A stretch of 64,000 nt of DNA from Toensbergia leucococca. Lineage: Eukaryota. The position numbers and the translations under genes are program-made. Location of the stretch: positions 248,001 through 312,000 of the forward strand of contig JALDZS010000003.1 of assembly GCA_022813965.1 (NCBI GenBank), given 5' to 3'. Within the stretch, counting starts at the first letter, position 1, and each line of letters begins with the position of its first letter. A model generated the notes under the pieces. The model had not been told where the DNA came from, did not search any database, and saw only the letters and a program-made list of their open reading frames with translations. Positions 48,776 to 60,360 of the stretch are shown here, in pieces.

Positions 48776-49142
48776 TTCTCTATCATAAATCAAAATAGCC
48801 AAATACTTTGAGATTATCAGACTTTTGTCTCTTATTATGAGGACTCTTTTGTGACTCACATTTCACTCCTCTCTAAACCCCTATTACAATATTTATGTTA
48901 TCCATCTTAATCTTATCTCTTTCTCTCTCACTTTTTTAGATTGGAAGAAAGCTTTTTGTACTTCCGTGGTTTTATATTCACGCTCCCCCCTCCTGCCCGA
49001 AAAAAAAACAAAATAGAAAATTCAGGCATGGGGAAGATCCCTCGCATCACCCAAAAGATGGCTAAATTGAACACCCCCTTCCGCCCTTTCCTTCACCCCC
49101 GCCTCCGGCCCCCCGGCACGGGCTCCTCAGGTCCCCCCCCCT

Positions 49143-51026
49143 CTACCTCCCCTCCCCTCCCCCTTGCGCCCCAAAAAGTAGAGTCTTCAACCCTTCCGCC
49201 AAAACCTCCACATGCCTTTCCCCCTTATAAACCCTCTTCGGCTGCCTCCCCAACCTCATGAGCCCAAACACCGCCATCTGCGCCCCGCGCACACTATACT
49301 CAACCGTAAAGACGACATCGTCGGGGATCTCAACAAACTGGCCGACAAAGGCAAGATTGGTACTACCAGGGGGAATAACCTGGGGTCTGTCGTCGTGGGT
49401 GCGGGTGAGGAATTGTGAGGTGATGTAGGGCATCATGCAGGGGATGGTGAGGGAGTGGGCGAGGATGGGTTCCGGGGGAAAGTCGAGATGGGCGAGGAGC
49501 TCGGTCGTGATTTCGGCGCCGGTGCAGGCGGACATTGGTTTTTGGACGTGGTTGCCGATGTGGGAGGGGAGGAGGGCGTAGCCCCAGACGACGTGGATGT
49601 TGTCTGGCTGGGTGGGGAAGTGGGGCTGGTGGGGGACGACGATGCTGAGTAGCCAGGCGCTGTCTTTGAAGGTGATGAGGGCGCCTGTTCCCGGGGCGTT
49701 GTGGGTGCGGCGGGCGAGGGTGTGGAGGAAGTCGGGGGTGGAGAGGGTGATGGTGAAGGATTCCCAGGTGGATTCGGCGGTGCGGGTGTAGAAGGGTGTG
49801 GGATTGCCGAAGTGGGGTTTTTGGTCTTGTGAGAGGCTGGACCAGAGCGCCCAGGCGCCGTCGGGGGCGGTGAGGGCGGCGGGGAGGTGCATTTCTGGAG
49901 CTGGGGGTGTGGTATTGGTGCCGAGGGTGCTGGCGGCTGTCATGGAGCCGAGGGTGATGATTACAATGTCTGTGGGGTTGACGGGGATGGTTACTGTGTC
50001 CATGGTTGGGGGTGTGGCGGGTGTGGTAGTAGTGGTAGTAGTGGTAGTACTCATGCTATTTGAGGTCGTGGAGGTGTGGATCCCGGAGATTGTGGTTGCT
50101 TCGGTCGGGGCGTAGGCGAGACCTGTCACCCTTGTGTCTGACAGGTTTGTTAGTGGAGTTTTGGATATGGAAGAGGTGAAGAGATATACCGAACTGAAAT
50201 CGCACTCCTTCGGTCTCAAGGTACTGGGTGATGGGCCGGATGATGGAGTCGAATTGGTTGAATGGAGTACGGTCTACACCGGCAAGGGTGTTGATTCTAG
50301 GAAATTCGTGGATGAACCTGTGGAGATAACGTCGGAATTCGACCGCACTATGCCACGGTTGAAATGCGAACCTGGGAAATTGAATGAATATTGCATACTG
50401 TCATGGCCATCTCCTGGACACCTTCATTCGAGCACTTACGTAGTAGCCCACATGAACCAGAAATTCGTCTTGAAGAAATCCTCATCAAAGAAATCATTAA
50501 TCCTCTTAGTACCTAAAGCCCCCTCGCTTTCAACCGTCATCCTAAGCAGATCTATCTTATCGTACTTGCCCAGCCCGAAGTTGGTAGAATCCACAATTTC
50601 GGGCCCTTTGTGCGTTGAGGCAACCAGCCTTGCCCTGGCATGGGTTTGATTTGCCGTTTTATTGTTGAACTCGTCAATCTCCCTCATGACTGACTTGTCC
50701 GGATTTGTAAGGGAAGGGATGGTGGATAGCATGTCGTAGAGACAAACGTAACTGGAGTTGAGCATTCGCCCGCCCCTTATGACATAGCCCGAGGTGGGAT
50801 CACCAGCGCCATCCATGGAGCCTCCTGGCAGGGAAGAGGACTCAAGAATATGGATTTGAGAGGCAGGAACGAGGGCATCTTGAATGAGAGTGACGGCGGC
50901 AGATAGAGAGGCAATACCTCCACCAACTAAGTAGGCATGGGTTTGAGTCGGGTCTCGTTTCAAAGGAAGATCATTTTCGAGGCTATGGTGTGTGTGTTCA
51001 TGGTGGCTGGCTGAAGAGTGCGGCAT
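49143..51026 (-). CDS. Oleate hydratase (myosin-cross-reactive antigen family, FAD-dependent), 3 exons
   Basis: AYLVGGGIASL, GGSMDG, RGGRM, FWFMWAT|TFAFQPWHSAVEFRRY, PCMMPYITSQF and VFTVEYSVR; introns 50372-50439 and 50138-50189. Confidence 0.93.
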
Positions 51027-51208
51027 GGTTGGAAGAATGGAAATGGAAAGAGTATCGAAAGGACTAGAAGGTTTGAAAGAGGCTTGGTCATGAAACCATC
51101 TTTATGAGCAATAATAATAGGCAGATTTATAAGAGCAGAGAAGCAATGGCGTTACAATGAACGGCGAACGGCGCCGGCCTTGCATGCTTCCATATTCAAA
51201 TTCATGCT

Positions 51209-51265
51209 CAGAAAGGCAGAAAGGCAGAAAGGCAGAAAGGCAGAAAGGCAGAAAAGCAGAAAAGC
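51209..51265 (+). repeat. 8-bp tandem repeat (CAGAAAGG), about 7 units, upstream of oleate hydratase
   Basis: Five CAGAAAGG followed by two CAGAAAAG; a TATAAA box lies on the minus strand at about 51126-51131. Confidence 0.9.
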
Positions 51266-51877
51266 GTGATGTTGGCTTTCCGAGAGCTCCGACAGGTAGA
51301 GAACAGGACTCATAGGTAAAGAGATACATCTAGCTGTCCAAGGACCAGAGCTGTCTCCCTACCTTCTACAAAGCATGTGTGCTACGCCATCAACATGGTG
51401 CATTGGTGCATGTCAAATGACAGCAAGCAGGTGGTGGCGTGTTCCATCCGTTCCTTTTAAAATAAAATAACGAATCGCAACGAGAAGGAAACGAAACTCC
51501 GGTAAATTTTATTACGAATCCCACTCCTCGACTCGTGTTGACCATTTTGATGGAAGACGTCTCGGATCTGGCCGGCTGCCCTTGATCGGTTGACTTTGTT
51601 AGGTACCTGTCCAGAAACAACAATTGAGTACTCTGTAGGTAAAGAGCTTCTAGCGTTATATAAATAGATATTTCAACCATATTGTTTACTGTCCGTGGCA
51701 CAGCTCAATGACCAGACATTACAGGCAAACGCAGTAAGCTGGATAAAAGACGAAATAGATACAAAAATCATAAGTCGCATATAGCCTCCCACATCCCTAC
51801 CGACTCCCCATCATATCAACGTCTCCATTAGTCCTTGTAACTCCTGCCAAAAAACATCTCCCGGAAATGCCTCCCTC

Positions 51878-52997
51878 TCACTTTCGCAAAACAGCCTCGT
51901 ACACACTCATCAGACCCCCAATCCCAGCTCCGGTAATCATACCATGATATCCTCCTGGTACTCCATCTTCTACAGTACCCACGTACCTCTCGCTCAGTAC
52001 CCATCCTAATCGGACCCCCTTCTCGTAGACCATCCACGCCACTAGACCCTTGGCCACATTGAAACTTAAAGGATCATACTTGTACCCTCTCGCTCTCCCC
52101 CTCGTCATTGTGAAATTAAAGAACCAAGCCCCCATCAACGGCAACACCACACTAGTCAAAATCCATGTTCCCACTGGGCCCCAGAACCCCGCCGTCAACA
52201 GCGCAAACAGGTCTGGAAGTTGGACAGGAATCTCTCCCATTCCCAACGTGAACGACGATGGTATCGTGGTGAGGTAGCGCATTGGTAGTACGTGGAAGCG
52301 AAGACCCCAGGCCTCAATGGCGAGGGCTAGTAACTGGATGCTGGTCGGAGAGCTGAGGTTTGCACGGATGGAAGAGAGGTAGGCTGGAATACCCGAGTCG
52401 GTGACTAGGCTCGAGGCTTGTGTGCGGAGGGAGTTGGTCTGGGATTCGATGCGATCGGCTAGTTGAGAGGGTGAGGCTGGAATAGGCAGGGAAGGGAGCA
52501 TGGAAAGCGCTGTGGAAGTGGGAGACTGAATGTCCGAGTCCGAGCTGCTATTGAACGCGTTGAATCAGCTTATGTAGGAAGACGTGACGTGCTTCATATA
52601 CAGCGGAGGTGCTCACGGCGCTTCAATCTCCTCGCGCGCTTTGGTAATTCTTCGCCCTCGAGGTTTCTTTGCGTCGTCTCTAGTGGTAAGGGCGAGCGCA
52701 TTGTTGATTTCGCGTTTTACAGGTGAGGCCATCGACGCAATGCTTTTGAAGAACGCATCCAAGCTTGGATTTTGGGAAAGGCGGGATTCGTTGGCGCGTA
52801 TGTGCTCGGCGAGAGCACTCTCTAGATCAACCTTCAGGAGGTGATCATAGCTGTTATCAAACGAATTATCGTTAGTCTTGGCCAGGTGTGAAGCGCAGGC
52901 TTTGATGAGACGCGCACTTCTCTAGACCAACTTTCTCAGCGAGACCCAGGAGCTCGCTCTTCCGCTGCTTCACTATCCAGTATGGTGCGCCCGACAT
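51878..52997 (-). CDS. Conserved fungal membrane protein (Gtt3-like family), 3 exons
   Basis: MSGAPYWIVKQRKSELLGLAEKVGLE|..LLKVDLESALAEHIRAN; C-terminal LPDLFALLT..FW, WFFN, DPLSFNVAKGL and YEAVLRK. Family name is from recall. Confidence 0.7.
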
Positions 52998-53564
52998 GAT
53001 GGCCTTGGATGAGTTTGAAATCGCCAAGTCAATGCGATCGTGATGAGCGTATTTGGAGCAATGGAAAGGCTATGAGAAGACGGTGTGGAATGGGCAATGT
53101 TTATGGGCGGGGTGGGATTGTTTACCTCTTGCGATGAGGGCTTCGCGTATTCTAATGCTAGCTGGGAGCTCACTAACGATTTCAGTACTAGGCGAGCTAC
53201 CTAGGGTAAGCCACGTCCAATCACTCCCTGCTCGGAATTATTTCATATTTCTGCTTTTGATATTGATGCCCTTGAATCTAGTCTTAGTATTGACAGATGA
53301 CAGTCTTATTGTACTTCAACGGTTACTTATGAGAGGTTTGTATTTCATTATTTTACAGAGCCGAGAAGATGCTCCGAGAACCAAGTAGAATAGAGACCCT
53401 GAGTCTATCCGTAGATAAAATCCTTCTATTCCGATCCCTGAAAATGCCATGCCACGCGCTGCTGGAATATTCCGCCCAATGCAGCTCTGATATTTTACAA
53501 TTCGACTTCAACTATCAAAAAGATCCACGTCGAAGAATGTGCATGGCCTAAAACTGGCCACCGA

Positions 53565-54963
53565 CTAGACTATGCTCCCACCTTCCCCATCAGTCATTAG
53601 TGTGTGAGCCTCCATTTGTCGTAGGAGCGCCTGGTAAAGAACAAGCATCGTTCCACTTTGTACACTTGTCCATACGAATCTCGGTCCCACTCCACGAAAA
53701 CATCCCGAAATCCCTTCCGTCCTGTAAATTAGCCGAAGCCCGGTGATGACCGATGATGTGTCTAGATTGACTGAGCCAGGTCTTGGGGTTGAAGTGCTTG
53801 GCGAGGAAGTAGAGATGAGGCGTCTTTGCTGCGATCCTGACAAGCCTCCCGGCGAAGGCATAGGACTTTGGGGAGAAATCTTATGGGTTGACTGTTGCTG
53901 TATATTTGTAGATCTGACGGTGGACACGTCTTCCTGTGGATTGTGCTGCGTTTGAATTCTGGTCTTGACAACGTCAAGTGGACAAGTAATCACTCCAGCC
54001 ATGCCCCCTGCTGTAGCACCCGTAAATATCTCCAAAGACAAGCCAATGTCCCTACTCCCAACCCAATCTTTTGCTACCTTTCGCTCTTGCTCGTAAAATG
54101 CAAATTGCAATGCTGAAAATGGCAGATCTCGGAAAATGGTAGCTTTATATCCGTGAAATAGAGCCGATACTCCTTCTTGGCGGATGATGGTTTTGGCAGC
54201 ATCTATTGTTGACCTGTAGTTGTATCCTGAATTGAAAAAAGGGTTATTGTAGCGGCCTTGTAGCTGAAGTCTTGTTTTCAAAACTTCCGAAGGCACATAG
54301 ACGAAAGAGGCGGCAAAATCCGCGAGAAAGCCTAAGACATTAGCAAATCCCTGATTTCCAAATAGAGTAAGATCTCACCACCAGCGAGGTACGCAAGAGA
54401 GTGGTGTATTCCCGCGTCTATCATATGCCTCTTGCTGTATTCGTAGGTGCCAAAAAAGATGATGGTACCTGGAAATGATCCGAGAAAGGCGGGAGTAACA
54501 CCACTATACAGACCTTTTCTGAAGCCTTCTTGCCGGAAAATCTGGGAGTAAGATGAAGACATGGATGTGTATTTGGGTGGAATATGTGGATCGCCTTGCT
54601 GGCGTGTCTTCACCGTGTCGATTGAATGCATGAGAAGATCGCCTGTTGTCCCACCAATTCCACCAGCTATCATAGACTACTCAATCATCAGCCTCTGAAG
54701 TTCCTTGTCATCGTCTCCGATATTCAAGATGGCGAAAGGTGAAAGCTTACATGCAAGTAGGGTGGACGGCCTTCACCATCCTCCTCCTCCTCCTGCTCTT
54801 CCATGGCCCGAACATGCTCTTTCCTCCTTCCTGGATATGTGTGGACATTTTCCTCATTCACGTACTGCTCAACGAAGGTCTGAGTATTGGGACCATCAGC
54901 CGGCGCAAGATGTCGACCTTGACTTGGGACAAGGAGGTTGGCCAGCCAAGAGGTCAGGGACAT
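53565..54963 (-). CDS. MME1: Mitochondrial carrier protein (Mme1/YMR166C-like), at least 3 exons
   Basis: [55 protein letters not shown] and [11 protein letters not shown]; start codon uncertain. Confidence 0.82.
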
Positions 54964-55887
54964 TGCCCTCCTCAAGGAAAGAGAGAGTAATTCTGCAGAG
55001 AATATAAGAATCAGGCACCCATCATCACCATGAGAGTAACGACACAGGCAAACGGGAAGCGTAATTCATCTTTACAATTTGTTGGATGGAGTCGAAACTA
55101 ATGGCTGGCCCGAAGTTTCTCCGTTCCAAATCTCAGCCCTATTCTACTCGTGAATCGTGATCACCCCCAGAATGCGGCGAACGAACCGCACAAATCATCG
55201 ATGAAGTACTTTAGAGACCAGGCTAATCACAGAAAAGCTGCTCGACCATGGACTTCTTCCCTGATCATCAACTCCAGTGGTCAATCTGCACCCCATCCAG
55301 CCCCAACGCTAACCGGCCCTATATTGCTGCTGGGAATTCCTTTAGAATAGTGTCAATCGGATAAATGATAGTTACAAAATCGAGTCTGCCTCAATTGCGA
55401 GTTCGCCGCATTCGGGTCATAATTCTACATCAACGACCATGACAGCTCAGCTACGTCTAAGTCGGCCTTTGTAGCCCGGTGTTGTTCTTTCGCTCGTCTT
55501 CTACCTCTTCCTGTCTTGGGAGAAAAGAAGCTGTATGAGACTGCCGGCTGTGGACAAACGGCTATACTCAAGATGTATCACGAAGCCGTGAAGGCAGGGA
55601 GGGCAGCCTGATTCGAGCAGCTATGCCGCGCAGGCGTTAAAAAAGATTGTGTCTACAAATAAGCGGGGCTATTTGATGGCTACCTACCTACCTTACCTAT
55701 TCTTACCCTAATTCTCTTCCAAGACGATACAAGACGTCATTGCTCCGCTGCTGATTTCTAATCCAAATCCGCGGTCATTTTCAATTTACAACTTCTTCTC
55801 TTACTCTTATTCTCCCATGTCAAAAGCGAGATTTCTTATTGAAGCACTCGGAACTCAATTGAATTCATTTGCAGCACTCACTCCAAA

Positions 55888-57020
55888 ATGTCAACCCAAA
55901 GAGGCATCCAAATCCAAGCTCCTAAAGATGCCCAATTCGTCTCCACCATCCCAATCCCCAAACTCCGCCCTGATTACATCCTGATCAAAACAGTGGCCGT
56001 AGCTCTAAATCCTACAGACTGGAAGCACATCGACAACCTGGCTTCCAAGGGCGCCCTTGTCGGCTGTGATTACGCAGGAACAGTAGAAGAAGTGGGCAAA
56101 GATGTCAAAAAGCAGTTCAAGAAAGGCGACAGGATCTGCGGCATGTGTCATGGCAGCGATGCCCTTCAGCACGAGAACGGAGCTTTTGCAGAATACATTG
56201 TTGCCAAGGGCGACATCCAGATGCATATCCCCAAAAACATCAGCTTCGAAGAAGCTGCCACCCTCGGCGTCGGCACCGTGACAGTCGGCCAAAGCCTTTA
56301 CCAATCGCTAAAGCTCCCCCTACCCACAGAACCCGCAAAAGAATCCTTTCCCATCCTCATCTACGGCGGCAGCACAGCCACGGGCTCCCTCGCCATCCAA
56401 TTCGCCAAACTGTCAGTCTCCCCCGCACTTCGTACCCCCCTCATCTCTCAAACTAACGAAAAACTCACCCCCTCGCAAAAAAAAGCTCCAATCTAACAGT
56501 AATAACAACCTGCTCCCCCTCCAACTTCCCCTACGTGCAATCCCTCGGCGCCGCCGCCGCCTTCGACTACGCCTCCCCCACCACCTGCGCCGCCCAAATC
56601 CGCGCCTACACAAACAACAACCTCAAACACGCCTTCGACACCATCTCCACCCCAACCTCCGCCTCCCTCTGCGCCGCCGCCCTCTCCTCCACCACCGGCT
56701 GCACATACTCCTCCCTCCTCCGACTCGACTTTCCGCGCCAGGACGTCGGCAGCAAGTACACGCTCGCCTACACCGCCGTCGGGGAACAGAAGCGTATGGG
56801 GGAGACGGGCCCGGAGATCCCGGCGAGGAGGGAGGATTTTGTGTTTGCGGGCGCGTTTGGGGGGTTGGTGGAGAGGTTGCTGGGGGAGGGGAGGTTGGTG
56901 GTGCATAGGCCTCGTGTGAGGGAGGGGGGGTTGAGAGGGGTGTTGGGGGGTTTGCAGGAGTTGAGGGAGGGGAAGATTAGTGGGGAGAAGCTTGTTTATA
57001 GGATTGCGGAGACGGCTTGA
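55888..57020 (+). CDS. MDR-family enoyl reductase-like oxidoreductase (ToxD/LovC-like), 2 exons
   Basis: VALNPTDWKH, GCDYAGTV, GAFAEY, ILIYGGSTATG and GKISGEKLVY; intron about 56412-56498. Confidence 0.9.
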
Positions 57021-57134
57021 GTGGTTTGTGCTTTTGATTCATGATTTGAGATGGGTGGGGATATGTGACTTGTGAATAGGATTCTAGCAGCGCAAATGAG
57101 AGGTCTGTTTATTCTTTGACGAGGAAACTAGATA

Positions 57135-57963
57135 CCGTATAATCTGTCATATAAGACATGATCGGTTTACAGGATACTACGGGAGTATAAGATATGGTTC
57201 CAAATCGATTTCGTAGACCGAGGGTGTTTTGGTCTATAAGATAATATCTACATGTGGGGGGTGGGGGGGTCTCAGGTATGTATTTCACCTCCTCTTCCTC
57301 ATCCTCACTGGCTGACTCGTACTCATCCTCATCCTCATCGTCAGTGTCAAATATCTGAACCTCCTCCCCTTTCTCCTCCCCTTCCTCCTTATTTTCATCC
57401 ATTGAGTCAAGATTGGTTGTTTCTTCAGATCTTCAAGTTCAGTCCCTCACCTGAATATCTGATATATCCTTGATCCATGACTCCTTATCCTCACTCCCAT
57501 TCACAGCTAAGAAAAGTCCAACTTGTCTGAAGGTTTTGCGTATCAAGTCTGCTGTTTCCCTATGCAGTTCCCTTCAAGCCTTACTCACCCATTCCGTTAA
57601 CATCACACGTCTTTCACTCATACTGTACTTTTTGAAAGCATACTTCTCATGATTATTATCATAATGCTTATCAGCTAGTTCGGTGATCTGTCCCTTTGAG
57701 GGAGTATGAGGGGGGGCCATGACTAGATAGATGTGTAAAGATGAGATGTGTAAAGATAAGGCGGGGATGTGTTAGAGAGGTTGGTAGTGAGTATGATGAA
57801 TTTCTCAAGTGGATGTATTGATTCTTAGCTCAGACCTTGCCTGAGGACCGAGTATAAGACATGGTTTGTTTATGATACTACGGGAGTATGAGATATGGTT
57901 TCAACTGGACTTCAGACGATGAACGGACTAAAGGAATAGTATCTTGTATGACAGATTATACGG
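57135..57963 (-). mobile_element. Non-autonomous pogo/Tc1-mariner element (family B) with TIRs, TA target duplication and transposase C-terminal remnant
   Basis: TA|CCGTATAATCTGTCATATAAGA ... TCTTGTATGACAGATTATACGG|TA. Minus strand 57660-57420 reads ERRVMLTEWVSKA*RELHRETADLIRKTFRQVGLFLAVNGSEDKESWIKDISDIQVRD*, followed by an acidic tail. Confidence 0.9.
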
Positions 57964-58260
57964 TATATTCTTACTAGAAGTCCTTTTCATTACAAGAGCC
58001 TACGAGTAGAGCGACTCAATCTTCCTCTTAGAGTACGTCCATTTACCGCAAAACTCCAATGATTGTGACAATCATCGCAGCAATCATATGACAGAAAAAG
58101 AAATTAATCTCTCATATGCTACGTGACAAGACGTTCAGAACTGCTAGCTACAAGGTCTGCAGCTCCGATTCACCTCAAACACAAAAAAGGAACACCCCAT
58201 AATACAAAGCACACAATCCCCCCCCTCCATCTTTATCCATCCCCTTGGAGGCCAACTAAA

Positions 58261-59952
58261 CTACAACAACATCTCCAACGGATTTTCCAGCACCTTTTTG
58301 AATTCTCGGACCCACTCACCCCCAACAGCCCCATCCACAACCTTGTGATCAAAGCTCCCCGTCACTATAATCTGATCGTCCCATTCCACCGCCGTTGAGC
58401 CATCTTCCGCCACTCCGGGTATGGCAACCTTCTTCGTGGTGCCTACAGCTAAGATCCCAGCTTGGGGGGGATTTATAACGGCTGTGAAGCGCTCGACCGC
58501 GGCGTTCATGCCCATATTGCTAATGGTGAAGGTGCCGCCTTGGTACTCCTCTGGCTTTAATTTACCGTCTCTAGCTCGCTTACCTAGGTCCTTGACTTGA
58601 GCCGAGATGCTTTGAAGGCCAATGTTGTCTACGCCCTTGACGATGGGTGTCATCAGACCAATAGGTGTGGCGACAGCGACGCTCACATCCACAGTATTAT
58701 GTTGCCGTATCATGACTTGGCCGTCTATTTCCCGCCAGCTGGAGTTAACCGTTGGAATCTTTTTGCAAGCGACGGCGCAAGCTTTAATTAGGAAGTCATT
58801 AACAGAGAGTTTGTATTTGCCGTCTGCAGAGGAGTTGAGTGCTTGGCGGAGCTTGAGGAGTTTGGAGACAGAAATTGTTGAGGAGACGAAGTAGTGGGGA
58901 TTTTGATTCATGGATTGAACAAGGCGGTTTGCGATGGTCTTACGCATAGAGCTGGCGGGGGTGTCCTCATAGGATGGCCCGGCGGAAGACGCCGCTGTTG
59001 AAGGAGTTCCACTCGCTGCAGGCTTGTACTTTTCAATGTCCTGCTTCGTGACACGACCGTTTGGCCCGGTGCCTTTCACTTTACTGATCGGTACACCCCG
59101 TTCTAGCGCAAGGGCTTTCGCAAGTGGACTAGCGGTGGGTTCTCGGTCCAAGCTAGTTTGCAGCCTTCCACCTGTAGACTCTGACTCTTGAGGCTCTGGT
59201 GCCGGTTCTGGCTTTGATTCTCCTTTACCTAGTGTGGATGGCGAGGTTTTAGACCCAGAATCTGGAGGTTCTGAGGACTCAGATACTTCCTCTTTCGGAG
59301 CTTGCTTTGGAGGCTCTTTCTCCCCTCCTGCGTCATCCAGCGTAAAAGACTCGAACGCTGAAACATCTTCACCCTCTTCGACCATAACAGCAATTGGCTT
59401 AAGTGATATCAGCTTAGACTCTATCTCATGGGTTAAGATATACTTACATTGCCCACGGCAACGTCCTTCTCCCCTGAATCCTTTAAAATCTTTGCTAGTG
59501 TACCCTCCTCTTGAAATTCAAAGTCCATTTGTGCTTTGTCTGTCTCAATCTCTACCAGTACATCCCCCGGAGCGATATTGTCACCAGCCTTCTTCTGCCA
59601 TACGCCAATGTTTCCAGCTGTCATGGTTGGTGATAAAGCAGGCATGCTAACGACGGTATGAGGAGGAAAAGCTAAAGTATTTTTTTTAACATCTAATCAA
59701 GAGACTTGATTTTCATAAGATACACACACGTTTTGATGCATAGTATCTAGCGAGGGCCGTGAGCGCCGGTGTGTGCCTGTGAGAGCGACCCAATTAGCTC
59801 AAAGACGTTGAGGGATACACAACGGTCGCGGAATAATGCACGAACCTCGAGGCATCTTGAGCCCGTCGTAAAACAGGACCTCCAGCCCTGGTGTTTGGGG
59901 CACGAAAACATGCCCGCGCTGAAGTGCGGATCAGCACCGAAGCCGCCGACAT
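58261..59952 (-). CDS. LAT1: Pyruvate dehydrogenase E2, dihydrolipoamide acetyltransferase, 4 exons
   Basis: Mitochondrial presequence, MPALSPTMT, lipoyl IETDKAQ, E3-binding [17 protein letters not shown] and catalytic DHKVVDG. Confidence 0.96.
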
Positions 59953-60360
59953 TGCTGGTTGATTGACCAGAATACAATTAAAGGGAAATGAAAAGGAATG
60001 ACTTTTTTTCACGGTCTACATGCAAGACAATGATGGTGATTCGCAGTCATAGAATAATACCAGAAGATTTGGATTGTTGAGCTTCCTTCGAATGTAACTA
60101 AGCAAGCTAAGCTTTTAGTCTTTGCTGGTTGAGGGAGAGAGCTGAGTGTCCGGCCGAGTACACTAGCCGTTAGCTCCGGCATCGGAAGAGAAGTATCTCC
60201 ATCAAAGCTTCTTCCAAGAAGTCACACATGCACATGCTCTCGGAACACATTAATTGAACTTCTAGGAGCCTGCGTCGCAATGGCGATGTACAAACATCTC
60301 CACTTGTCCATTGCTTGAGGGCCTGGATCCCTAGAGCTCCTCGATTGCCGTCTCCCTGTC

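Noticed and set aside
55888..57020. Secondary-metabolite cluster around the LovC-like enoyl reductase
   Set aside because: No PKS, NRPS, tailoring genes or cluster regulator nearby; neighbours are housekeeping genes.
57109..57402. 97-aa acidic ORF as a host gene
   Set aside because: Lies within the MITE and is the acidic tail of the dead transposase.
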